DNA of 64,000 bases, from assembly GCA_965242695.1 (NCBI GenBank), contig CBDESU010000002.1, forward strand, positions 640,001 through 704,000, written 5' to 3'. Shown one piece after another: positions 8,806-17,925 of the stretch (the stretch's first letter is position 1; each line of letters starts with the position of its first letter). The position numbers and the translations under genes are program-made. The notes under the pieces were generated by a model, which worked only from the letters and a program-made list of their open reading frames with translations, was not told where the DNA came from and ran no database searches. The stretch is from Cenarchaeum sp. Its GTDB lineage: Archaea; Thermoproteota; Nitrososphaeria; Nitrososphaerales; Nitrosopumilaceae.

Positions 8806-9768
8806 ATGGACGCGCGCGGCATGGGCCCGAACCCCGTCCTGGCAGGGGCGGCCGCCGACCCGCTCGGCCGCTGCCCGTGTCCCGCCGGCGCGGCCATTAC
8901 CGATCCGGTAAGGGGCGAGATAATCTGCGGCGGGTGCGGCCTGGTCCTGGTGCAGAGGCTCGAAGAGGCGCACGGCTGGGAGGGCGGCGACATCGGCGGC
9001 GGCGGGGCGTCAACGGGGGCGGCCGCCGCGTACGCGCTCGGCACGACGCCGGGGCCGGGCGGCTCGCTGGCGATGCACGACAGGGGCCTGTCGACCGTAA
9101 TGGGAAGGGACGCGAGTCCGGGCGGGAGGCAGGTGCCGGCGGCGGCGCGGCGGTCGATCGACCGCATGCGCGTGTGGGACAAGCGGAGCCGCCCAAAGAG
9201 GGCCGCGAGCCTTGCAAGGGCCCTGTCGCAGCTCAACTCGGTCAGGGACAGGCTGGCCGTCCCCAGGGCGGCCGGCGAGAACGCAGCCCACATCTACCGC
9301 AAGGCCGTCGGCAAGGGGCTCTCGCGCGGGCGGACCATGTCGTCGCTCGTGGCGGCCTCGCTGTACGCGGCCTGCCGCGAGCTGAACATACCGAGGACGC
9401 TCGACGACGTGGCCAGGGCGGGCAACGTCGAGAAGCGGGTCCTCTCGCGCGACCTGCGCACCATGATAATGCGGCTCGAGCTAGACCTGAACCAGTACGA
9501 CACGGCGGCGTTTGCCGTCAAGATGGCCAACAACCTAGGACTCAGGGAGAAGACCAAGAGGGATGCCGTCGAGACGCTCGGGCGGGCCGAGAGGGCGCAC
9601 ATCAGCGCCGGCAAGAACCCGGTGGCCCAGGCGGCGGCGGCAGTGCACATGGCGTGCCTGCTCAACTCGGAGCCGGTGTCGCAGAGGCAGCTTGCCGCCG
9701 AGTCGGGGATCAGCGCGGTGACGATACGCAACAGGGTCGCCACGATCAAGGAAGGTCTCGGAGAGTAG
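8806..9768 (+). CDS. tfb: transcription initiation factor IIB (divergent paralog)
   Basis: Zn ribbon CPC...GEIICGGCGLV, HDRGLST, two cyclin repeats, GKNP, VTIRNR; start chosen from TATA spacing. Confidence 0.9.
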   Translation: MDARGMGPNPVLAGAAADPLGRCPCPAGAAITDPVRGEIICGGCGLVLVQRLEEAHGWEGGDIGGGGASTGAAAAYALGTTPGPGGSLAMHDRGLSTVMGRDASPGGRQVPAAARRSIDRMRVWDKRSRPKRAASLARALSQLNSVRDRLAVPRAAGENAAHIYRKAVGKGLSRGRTMSSLVAASLYAACRELNIPRTLDDVARAGNVEKRVLSRDLRTMIMRLELDLNQYDTAAFAVKMANNLGLREKTKRDAVETLGRAERAHISAGKNPVAQAAAAVHMACLLNSEPVSQRQLAAESGISAVTIRNRVATIKEGLGE

Positions 9769-9949
9769 GGCCGCAGGCCCCCGCGGGGCGGAGGCGGCAG
9801 CATCAGCATCGACGGCAGGGGCCGCGGCTCTGTGCCGGAGAGTGGACTGGCGACTTCAGAATCGGCATTGCCCCGCAGGGACGGCCCGAAGCAGGCGCAA
9901 GGCGGACGGCTTTGGACTTGTGGCCTAGCGCGGGCAGGGAGCAGCCAGG

Positions 9950-10495
9950 CTACGCGGCCGGCGCATCGGCCGCGGCGGCGCCGGCCGGCGCGCCGTCCGC
10001 CGGCAGCTCGATGGCGCCGACGAACTTGTCGACCTCGTACACGCCGATCTTGTCGCGGCCGAGCACGTCGAACTTTTGGAGTATGGTCTCAAAGAGGCAC
10101 TCTTCCTCGACCTGCTCGTTGACGAACCACTGCAGAAAGACCGACGTCGCGTGGTCGCCGTCCTTTTGGGCCAGGCTGGCCATCTTGTTGAACAGCACCG
10201 TCACATTCTGCTCGCTCTTGAGCGCTGCCTTGAAGACGTCCTCGAGCCCCTTGAACGAGGCAGGCGGGGCCGAGACGAGCGGGATGGCCGCGCCGACGCC
10301 TATGTTGTTGAGGTGCTTGACTATCTTTAGCATGTGCATGCGCTCCTCGTCGGCCTGCGCGTAGAGCAGCTTTGCCGACCCCTCGTACCCCTTCAGCTCG
10401 CACCACGTGGCCATCGACAGGTAGTTGTTCGACGCGTACGCCTCGGTGCCCACCTGCGAGTTGAGGGCCTTCTTCATCGCAGCCGACATCTTCAT
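9950..10495 (-). CDS. ftnA: non-heme ferritin
   Basis: LNSQVGTE..AS..YLSMA.W, QADEERMH, FLQWFVNEQVEEE; ATG at 10495. Confidence 0.92.
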   Translation of the reverse strand: MKMSAAMKKALNSQVGTEAYASNNYLSMATWCELKGYEGSAKLLYAQADEERMHMLKIVKHLNNIGVGAAIPLVSAPPASFKGLEDVFKAALKSEQNVTVLFNKMASLAQKDGDHATSVFLQWFVNEQVEEECLFETILQKFDVLGRDKIGVYEVDKFVGAIELPADGAPAGAAAADAPAA

Positions 10496-10563
10496 GCTAT
10501 TCAGGCGGGCCGGCCCGCGGGCCCAATAAAAGCCATCGGGAGGGGCGCGCAGCGCCTGGCGGC

Positions 10564-11475
10564 CTAGAGGTTCAGCGACTCCTTTAGGCCCTTGTAGCGG
10601 TTGCGTATCGTAACCTCGGTGACGTTGGCCGCATGCGCGATGTCGCGCTGCGTCTTGTCCTCGGCGTTCTTTACGCACGACAGGTACAGGGCGGCCGCGG
10701 CCAGGCCCATGGGATCCTTGCCGGCCGACACCTCGCTCTTCTGCGCCTGCTTGAGGACCTTGATTGCGTACCGCTTTGTCTTTTCGGCGATGCCGATGCG
10801 GCTGGCGATCCTAGAGACGCACTGGATCGAGTCGGTGATCGGCATGCGCAGGTCGAGCTCCTTGACGAGCAGGCGGTAGCAGCGCGCGATGTCCTTGCGC
10901 TTTATGTTGGCCGCCTCCTCGACGTCCTTTAGGTTGCGCGGCGTGGCCGTGTCGCGGCAGGCCGCGTACAGGGCCGATGCCATGAGGGCCGAGATGGAGC
11001 GGCCGCGGACGAGCCCCTTCTCGAGCGCCTTGCGGTAGATGTAGGCGGCCTTTTCGATGACCGCGTCAGAGATGGCCAGCTTGTCCTTGAGGCGGTTGAG
11101 CTCGCTGAACGCCTGCCTAAAGTTCCGGTCGACCGGCTCGTGGACCTGGCTGCGGCTGTCCCAGGTGCGCAGGCGCTCTATGGTGCTCTTCATGGACGCG
11201 GCGAGGGGGCGGCCCGAGGCGTCCTTGTTGACGGGGTTGATCACGGTGGCCAGGCCCATGTCGTGCATGGTCAGCGACGTCGGCGCGCCTGCCCTGGCCC
11301 GCTCGCCGTGCTCGTCCTGCGAGAACGATCGCCACTCGGGGCCCGACTCCTGTATCTTCTCGGTGACTACATACCCGCACTTTGAGCAGAACATCTCGCC
11401 GGACTCGTTGTCGGTGACTAGCTTGCCCTTGGCGCACCTCGGGCAAGTGTCGTGGGGGCTGGCCTTTTCTACCAT
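10564..11475 (-). CDS. tfb: transcription initiation factor IIB
   Basis: CPRC...CSKCG, GPEWRSF, HDMGLAT, GKDPMGLAAAALY, VTEVTIRNRYK. Confidence 0.96.
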   Translation of the reverse strand: MVEKASPHDTCPRCAKGKLVTDNESGEMFCSKCGYVVTEKIQESGPEWRSFSQDEHGERARAGAPTSLTMHDMGLATVINPVNKDASGRPLAASMKSTIERLRTWDSRSQVHEPVDRNFRQAFSELNRLKDKLAISDAVIEKAAYIYRKALEKGLVRGRSISALMASALYAACRDTATPRNLKDVEEAANIKRKDIARCYRLLVKELDLRMPITDSIQCVSRIASRIGIAEKTKRYAIKVLKQAQKSEVSAGKDPMGLAAAALYLSCVKNAEDKTQRDIAHAANVTEVTIRNRYKGLKESLNL

Positions 11476-11579
11476 ATCTCTACACCGGCATGCATAATAT
11501 TGGGTTATATATACCCGGCCCCCCGGCCCGCGCCGGCCCCGTGCGAATGTAGAATAACCGCGCGCGGGCAGGGGAGGGC

Positions 11580-12644
11580 ATGGCAGGCGGGGCGCGGCGG
11601 GGCATAGGGGCGGCCCCGGGGGGTCGCAGGGGCGGGCACGGCGCAGGGGCGGCTAGGACGGTGCTGGCCGCCGCTGCGGTGCTGGCCGCCGTTGCCGCCG
11701 CAGGCGGGACAGGGGAAGCCGCGTGGCAGGCGCATGCCGAGACCATACGGTACGATGTCGGCGACGGGATGGAGCTGGAGGTGTCGCATCCCGGGACGGT
11801 CGCGGCAGGCTCCGAGTTCGCCGTGTCCTTTCTGGTGCGCAACGGCGGCTGGGAGGACAAGGATGCGGTCGTGCTGCTCGCCGCGCCCGGCGGGTCGGTC
11901 GCCCCGGCGGGGGCGGCGCCGGGGGAAGGGGCCGGCAACCCGGTCGCGGTCATCGACGCGGGCAAGATCGGCGCCGGCGGGTCGCACGGGCAGGCGGCCG
12001 AGTTTGCCGCCCCGGCCGCGGCGCAGCCCGGCACGCACTACATCAACCTAGAGTACTCGCACGTCCTGCTCGAGAACAACGAGGTCCCAAGGGAGCCGTC
12101 AAGGACGGACATTGCAGTTCCCGTCGAGGTCGTCACGAGGCCGCGCGTGGACGTGGACATCTCGGCGCCCGAGTCGCTGTTTGCCGGCGCCGAGTTTCCG
12201 ATCGGCGTCAAGGTCGGCTCGGGCACGACAGACCTGTCCGATGTGAGGGTCGAGATAGTCGCGCCGCCGGGCGTCGAGCTGCGGGGGCAGTCGCTCCACT
12301 CGTTCTCGCTGATCGGGCGCGGCAGTACAATGGAGGTCGCATCGCGCGTCTGGGTGCCGCCGGCCGACGTCGCGGGCGAGAGCAGGGTGTCGTTGCAGGT
12401 CGTCGTGTCCTACACGGATGCGGACGGCGAGAGCAGGGAGGAGACGAGGACCGTCTCGCCAGTCCTCCGGCCGAGGACGTTCATGGAGCTGACCGGCGAC
12501 GGGGGAGTCTGGATCGGCGACTTTTTCATAGCGCCGTACGTGAGCCTGGGGACCATAATCGGCATACCGGCCGGCGCGCTGCTCTCGCTTGCGATAAGGC
12601 GCAGGGTGACCGGCGGCGGTAAGGGGGGCGAAAAAAATGCGTAG
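11580..12644 (+). CDS. secreted, membrane-anchored Ig-like (S-layer/COG1361-like) protein
   Basis: Signal peptide ending AHA, beta-rich body, C-terminal TM helix followed by basic residues. Confidence 0.7.
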   Translation: MAGGARRGIGAAPGGRRGGHGAGAARTVLAAAAVLAAVAAAGGTGEAAWQAHAETIRYDVGDGMELEVSHPGTVAAGSEFAVSFLVRNGGWEDKDAVVLLAAPGGSVAPAGAAPGEGAGNPVAVIDAGKIGAGGSHGQAAEFAAPAAAQPGTHYINLEYSHVLLENNEVPREPSRTDIAVPVEVVTRPRVDVDISAPESLFAGAEFPIGVKVGSGTTDLSDVRVEIVAPPGVELRGQSLHSFSLIGRGSTMEVASRVWVPPADVAGESRVSLQVVVSYTDADGESREETRTVSPVLRPRTFMELTGDGGVWIGDFFIAPYVSLGTIIGIPAGALLSLAIRRRVTGGGKGGEKNA

Positions 12645-14280
12645 CGTTCGCATGGCCGCTGTTGCGGCGGCCGCGGCGGCCGTGATGCTAGCCGCGGCGG
12701 CCGCGGCGGGGCACGAGGCATACGGCCACGGCGTCGGGTACGAGCTGCTCGACCCCGTGCAGATCGACGGTGTGGGCCTTGCCGCCCTAGAGGTCCAGTC
12801 GACGGAGAACGGCGGCCCGGACGGCGAGGACAGGGAGGTGAGGCTGTCGCTGCTCAACTCGGCAAGCGGCGTGACGGTCAGGGACGTAACGTTCGAGCTG
12901 TCCGCCGCCAAGACGAGCACGGACCTGTTCAGCGGCACGTTCGAGACGGGCGACGGCACCCTTGTGATCGTCCTCGACGGGTCGGGCGACCCGTCAAGCG
13001 TCGAGGTCGTCGACGAGGGCAAGAGGGGCGGGCTGCTAGAGTCGCTCATCGGCCTAGACGAGACCGTCGTGCGCGCAAGGGGCGGGCCGCTGGCCGCCGG
13101 CGGGCTGTACCTGTTCGATGTGGCCGTCACGACGGCCGGCTCGTTCGACAGGCAGCTGGACCCCCCTGTCAGGTTCGCCGCCGGCCTGTCCATACCCGAC
13201 ACGACCACATACGCGATCGACGATGCGGACTTTGGGCGGCAGGAGATCAGCGTGATCACGTACTACGACACGATAGGCGGGTTCGAGTACGACCCAGCCG
13301 GCAGGTCCCTCTCGTTCGAGATGCCCTTTGCCTGGGACGTCGGCAACATCAACGAGACGTCCGTCGTCCACGAGGAGCTGTCGTTCGACAGGCGGTTCGG
13401 AGACATGATGGCGTCCCGGTACGACATGTCGGTCAACGGCGTGCAGATGCCCGACCGCGTGGTCACAATAGACGACCTGTCGCTCGACAGCGGGCGCATC
13501 GTCCACATGGTCCTCAACCAGAACGACCTGTACTACCTGCTCGGAAGGCAGGGGCAGGAGGCCGGGCCGGGCGGCTACGGCGGCCTGATGAGGTTCGAGC
13601 TAGAGGCCGGCGAGCGCGCCCCGCTAGGCGCAACGGTCGACAACGGGCAGTTCAAGGTGTCTGTCGGGTGGGACCCGTGGTACATCAGGTCGGGCGGTGA
13701 CGTAGAGTTTGGGTTCAACATAACCGACGTGTTCCTCAGGGACAGGCCGGTGGCCACCAAGTACGACGTGTCGCTCGTGCACGGGGAGAGCGGGGCCGTG
13801 ATTGCGTCGGACTCTGGCACGACGGACGCCTCGGCGGACACCGGTGCGAGGTTTGCGACTCAGATACCCGACGGCGTGGGAGGGCCCGCCGTCCTACGGT
13901 TCGAGAACCTGGGCGGGGCGGCGCTGGCAAGGACCGAGATCCCGGTCGTGATAGACAGGGCCGGCGGGGGCGGTGGGGAGGACGGCGAAGGGGGCGCGAT
14001 CGTCATACCCGGTTGGATCAAGGACAGCGCCCGGTGGTGGGCCGACGGGGCCATCAGCGACCAAGAGTTTGCCCGCAGCCTACAGTACATGATGGCGGAG
14101 GGGATCGTCTCGGTGCCGGGCGCCGGCGGGCCCGAGGGCCCGTCCGAGGACGGCGGTGAAGAGACGATCCCCGCGTGGGTCAAGGACAGCGCCCGGTGGT
14201 GGGCCGACGGGGCCATCAGCGACCGCGACTTTGCCTTTGGCATACAGTACATGGTGGCAGAGGGGATCATCAGGGTGTAG
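12637..14280 (+). CDS. secreted thaumarchaeal surface protein with duplicated IPxWxK-ARWWADG C-terminal domain
   Basis: Signal peptide; two copies of IP[GA]W[IV]KDSARWWADGAISD; overlaps the upstream stop. Confidence 0.8.
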   Translation: MRSVRMAAVAAAAAAVMLAAAAAAGHEAYGHGVGYELLDPVQIDGVGLAALEVQSTENGGPDGEDREVRLSLLNSASGVTVRDVTFELSAAKTSTDLFSGTFETGDGTLVIVLDGSGDPSSVEVVDEGKRGGLLESLIGLDETVVRARGGPLAAGGLYLFDVAVTTAGSFDRQLDPPVRFAAGLSIPDTTTYAIDDADFGRQEISVITYYDTIGGFEYDPAGRSLSFEMPFAWDVGNINETSVVHEELSFDRRFGDMMASRYDMSVNGVQMPDRVVTIDDLSLDSGRIVHMVLNQNDLYYLLGRQGQEAGPGGYGGLMRFELEAGERAPLGATVDNGQFKVSVGWDPWYIRSGGDVEFGFNITDVFLRDRPVATKYDVSLVHGESGAVIASDSGTTDASADTGARFATQIPDGVGGPAVLRFENLGGAALARTEIPVVIDRAGGGGGEDGEGGAIVIPGWIKDSARWWADGAISDQEFARSLQYMMAEGIVSVPGAGGPEGPSEDGGEETIPAWVKDSARWWADGAISDRDFAFGIQYMVAEGIIRV

Positions 14281-14361
14281 CGTACGAGGTCAGATCCCCC
14301 TACGCTGGGAGTCAAGATGTTGTGACTCCCCCCGTCTTATGGTCGCGCCACAAGGCGTGTC

Positions 14362-16761
14362 GTGCATTGTGAGCATGGGTGCCATGTCAGGATCGCCGAG
14401 CTCGAAGCGAGAGTTGACGAGATGGAGGGCGTTGCGAGGCGGGAGCGCGAGGACAAGGAGAAGGCGCTTGCCGCATGCCAGTTCGTCCAGGACCGCCTGG
14501 AATTTATCGAGCCGATGTACTGTACCGTGCGCCGCGACAACGAGGGCCTGTGGGCGGCCATTGCATCCATGCGGACGAGGCTGCGGGGCGAGGAGGCGGG
14601 GCGGGCAGAGGCCGAGGAGGAGCGCGACATGTACCGCGGCGCGGCGGCCGAGGCCCAGTCCCTCCGGGGGCAGCTGGCCGCCGAGACGGATGCCCGGCTC
14701 AATGCGGAGGATCACTGCCGGACGCTGATCAGCCATCTCCGCGTCGATCCGCGCACGGGCAGGACGGTGTACAGGAACGGGCCCAACACGCCGTCGTCGG
14801 CGCGCAAAAAGGCGGCAGTGGAGCAGGCGGCGGCGGCCGACGGCCGGCAGGGGGGCTCGGCAGGAGGAGGGAGAGGCGGCGGCGGCGTGAGGAGGAGGCG
14901 CACCGTGCCGGGAAGGCCCGGCGGCAGGCCGGGCCACCAGGGCCACGGACGCTCCTACAAGCCGACAAGGACGGTACGCAACAACCTCCCGCGAAACCCC
15001 GACGGGACGCTGGCCCTGCAGCCGTGCAGGTGCGGCGGGGGCCACTGGGAGCTTGTCAACAACGAGGGGCGGATCATCCTGGATCTGCGCTACATCCTCG
15101 AGTGCATAAAGTCCGTCCGGGAGATGGCCAAGTGCACCGGCTGCGGCGCGATGCGCCCGGCCGTCGACGGGCTGCCTGCAAAGGGCAGCTGGAGCCGCCC
15201 CCTGTGCGGCTTTGGCGCGTCGCTTCGGGCCCACAAGATGAGCAACGGCGACATCTCAGATGTGCTCACCGACATGGCCCCTCCGGGGATCAAGGTGACA
15301 AAGTCGAACGTGGTCGACTCGCTCGGAAGGATCTGCGATGCGTCAAGGCCCCACTCGGAGGCCATACTCTCGAAGATCAACGACGAGGCGGTGGTCTACG
15401 AGGACGAGACGACGTCGCTTGCGGTGCCGCCCAGGCACACGGCCGAGCGGGCCGAGAAGCTTGCCGTTGCGGGGTCGATCAGCGCGGCCCTGATCGCATC
15501 CGTCCCGCCAAGCGGACTGCCGGCCGTGCTTGCGGTCGATCCCTCGGCCTCGTCGTGGCCAGTCTCGGCTGCCCTGGACGCCAATGCGGCCCTTGGGCTG
15601 GAAGACTATGACTGCGCCCTCGGCATCCCGCCGCCCAGCGCGGCGGGGCCCGGCCCGCCGGCATCGGCGCCCTCGGCGCCCTCGGCTGCCGCATCGGGGC
15701 TGGAAGAGGGTCGCGGCGGCGGCGGCGGCGGCGGCGCTGGCGCCCTCGGCATCCCGCCGCCCAGCGCGGCGGGGCCCGGCCCGCCGGCATCGGCGCTGGA
15801 AGGAGAGTGGAACGGCCGCGTTGCCGCCCCCGCCGCCGCCCGCCCCCGCTGCCAGGCCTCCTCGCACCCCAATGGAGCGGCGGGCCTGCTGGCGGCTGCA
15901 CTGGCGGCGGCGGCAGACGGCATGCCCGGGCGGCCTGCGGCCGCGGCCGCGGCCCGGTGGCCGAGCCTCGGGGATGCGGCCGCGGCCGCGGCCGCAGGCA
16001 TCTCGGCCGCCTCGCTGATCGACGCGGCGGCCCGCACGGCCGCCGGCATCGGGCCGGACGAGGACCTGGTCGGGGCCGCGGCGGAGGCGTGCCTCCGGGA
16101 CGGCTCGGCCGACGGCTCGGGATGGGTATGGGTATTTGCGGCCGCCAGCGGCCTCGTCGCCTACCGGTTTGGGCTGACCCGCGCGGGCGACATGCACGAC
16201 AAGTACATGGCGGGATTCAAGGGAATCCTCGTCTCCGACCGGTTCCCGGTGTACCGGAGCAGGTTCGAGGCCGACGGCAGGCTCCAGCTGTGCTGGGCCC
16301 ACGAGCTTCGCGACATAGCCGAGGCCGCGATACGGCCGGGATCGTCGCTGGCCGTCAGGCGCCTGTACCGGGACGTGCTGGGCGTGTTCAGGGCCGCCAG
16401 GGATGCGGCCGCCGACGCCGGCATTCCCCGCACGGGGGAGCTGCGGGCCATGCACGAGAAGCGCCTGGACGACGTGCTCGACAGGTACCGCGGGTGCGGG
16501 GAGGAGGATGCGGAGAGGATGGTGGCCATGCTGGACCGGGACAAGCGGTCCCTGTTTACATTCCTAGAGCACGAGGGGGTCGAGCCGACCAACAACAGGG
16601 CCGAGAGGGCCCTCCGCTACATCGTCCTGCTGCGCAAGATATTCGGACAGATCAAGGGCGGCCGGATATCCATGGAGCGGTGGGGCCACTTTGCCACGTG
16701 CGTGATGAGCTGGCGGGCCCAGGGCAAGTCGATAATGGCAGAGGTCGCCCGGATCATGTAG
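14362..16761 (+). CDS. IS66-family DDE transposase with low-complexity insertion
   Basis: Coiled coil, PGGRPGHQG, Cys pairs, DET, WVWV, LVSDR, QLCWAHELR, PTNNRAERALR. Confidence 0.88.
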   Translation: MHCEHGCHVRIAELEARVDEMEGVARREREDKEKALAACQFVQDRLEFIEPMYCTVRRDNEGLWAAIASMRTRLRGEEAGRAEAEEERDMYRGAAAEAQSLRGQLAAETDARLNAEDHCRTLISHLRVDPRTGRTVYRNGPNTPSSARKKAAVEQAAAADGRQGGSAGGGRGGGGVRRRRTVPGRPGGRPGHQGHGRSYKPTRTVRNNLPRNPDGTLALQPCRCGGGHWELVNNEGRIILDLRYILECIKSVREMAKCTGCGAMRPAVDGLPAKGSWSRPLCGFGASLRAHKMSNGDISDVLTDMAPPGIKVTKSNVVDSLGRICDASRPHSEAILSKINDEAVVYEDETTSLAVPPRHTAERAEKLAVAGSISAALIASVPPSGLPAVLAVDPSASSWPVSAALDANAALGLEDYDCALGIPPPSAAGPGPPASAPSAPSAAASGLEEGRGGGGGGGAGALGIPPPSAAGPGPPASALEGEWNGRVAAPAAARPRCQASSHPNGAAGLLAAALAAAADGMPGRPAAAAAARWPSLGDAAAAAAAGISAASLIDAAARTAAGIGPDEDLVGAAAEACLRDGSADGSGWVWVFAAASGLVAYRFGLTRAGDMHDKYMAGFKGILVSDRFPVYRSRFEADGRLQLCWAHELRDIAEAAIRPGSSLAVRRLYRDVLGVFRAARDAAADAGIPRTGELRAMHEKRLDDVLDRYRGCGEEDAERMVAMLDRDKRSLFTFLEHEGVEPTNNRAERALRYIVLLRKIFGQIKGGRISMERWGHFATCVMSWRAQGKSIMAEVARIM

Positions 16762-17134
16762 CCGGGGCGGCGGACCGGCCGGCCCTTCCGCCGTCCGGCC
16801 TCCTCTTCTCCTTCTTCTTCCCGCCGCCCTTCCCGCTCCCCCCGCCGCCCCGCCAGCTTGCAGCGACTGCGGCCGCGGCCGCGGGGCCGAGCTCTGCCTT
16901 GATCCGCGCCGTCTCGGCCCTGATCCGCGCCGTCTCGGCCCTGACGCGGGCTATCTCTTCCATGTACCAGGCCCTGTCGCCGAGCAGCTGCTCGCGCAGG
17001 CGCATCTGCTCCTTGATGCCCTCCTCAAAGAGCCCGACCTTGGCCATCTTCTCTGCCGCCATGGCGGCCAGCATCCTACTGGCCATCCGATCGCTCGCTA
17101 TGGATCGCCGGAGCTCGTCCTCCCTGTCGCACAT
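16754..17134 (-). CDS. IS-internal coiled-coil protein with Lys-rich tail
   Basis: 126-aa ORF inside the TIRs; 21-bp repeats encoding RAETARI. Confidence 0.45.
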   Translation of the reverse strand: MCDREDELRRSIASDRMASRMLAAMAAEKMAKVGLFEEGIKEQMRLREQLLGDRAWYMEEIARVRAETARIRAETARIKAELGPAAAAAVAASWRGGGGSGKGGGKKKEKRRPDGGRAGRSAAPAT

Positions 17135-17273
17135 GCCGCACGATCCCGTGTTGCCGCTAGGGTCGCCGTGTCAACATCCTTCTGTCCTGCGGTAAGGGGG
17201 ATCTGACCACGTACGGTGTAGCGGCCAGAACAATGTTCCGCATCTCTTTTATACGCGGCGGGGCAGAAGCCCC

Positions 17274-17711
17274 GTGATCTTGCAGGGGAGGCAGGCGGTC
17301 GAGGGCGGACGCGACGAGGAGGCCCTGCACATGGGCGCGCCCCGCGACATAGGCCGCCATGTGCCGAATGCCGGCGGCGAGGGCAGTGGCGCCGCCACAC
17401 CCGGGCGATCGGCAGGGGAGGTGGTCAGGACGATCGGCAGGCGTCTGTCATCCCTGTTCAGGGGCGGCGACAGGCGCCGCGCCGAGACCGGCGCCCGGCA
17501 GCAGCAACGGCAGCTGCGGCGCAGCAAGTGGTGGTTTTTGTTGCCCATATTTCTGCACGCAGTAGGCGGCATCATGGCCTTCTTTGTGCTACGCGAAGAC
17601 GATGCCAGAACGGCCCGCAACTGCCTGTACCTAGGCCTGTCGCTGACGGCACTCATGCTCGGGCCGCTTGTAGTGCTAGCGGCCATGGCCGGCTCCGGCG
17701 CCATCGACTAG
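17274..17711 (+). CDS. hypothetical membrane protein
   Basis: C-terminal hydrophobic segments (WWFLLPIFL...LYLGLSL); TTTTTATA about 25 bp upstream. Confidence 0.7.
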   Translation: MILQGRQAVEGGRDEEALHMGAPRDIGRHVPNAGGEGSGAATPGRSAGEVVRTIGRRLSSLFRGGDRRRAETGARQQQRQLRRSKWWFLLPIFLHAVGGIMAFFVLREDDARTARNCLYLGLSLTALMLGPLVVLAAMAGSGAID

Positions 17712-17925
17712 CGCGGCGAGTGCATTATCGCGTCTGCTGCGCGCCAGCGCGAACAAGAATGCAACCACACCACCGGCACAGCGTGACATCACCGTTCCTG
17801 CCCTCACCCCATCCATGCGAGGACCAAGAGATGGCCAGCAAGGCGTGCAGGCATGGCCCACACCACGGCGGCACGGCTAGGTGCCGCCTACGAGGGTTTT
17901 TGTAAGGACGGGTCGGCGGCAGGTC

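Larger units (their letters stand above)
14282..17214 (+). mobile_element. IS66-family insertion sequence, 2933 bp
   Basis: TIRs GTACGAGGTCAGATCCCCCT and (reverse complement) GTACGTGGTCAGATCCCCCT; 8-bp TSD GGTGTAGC at 14274-14281 and 17215-17222. Confidence 0.92.

Noticed and set aside
15418-16110. Intein in the transposase
   Set aside because: No Cys/Ser start block, HN terminus or LAGLIDADG motifs; the sequence is low complexity
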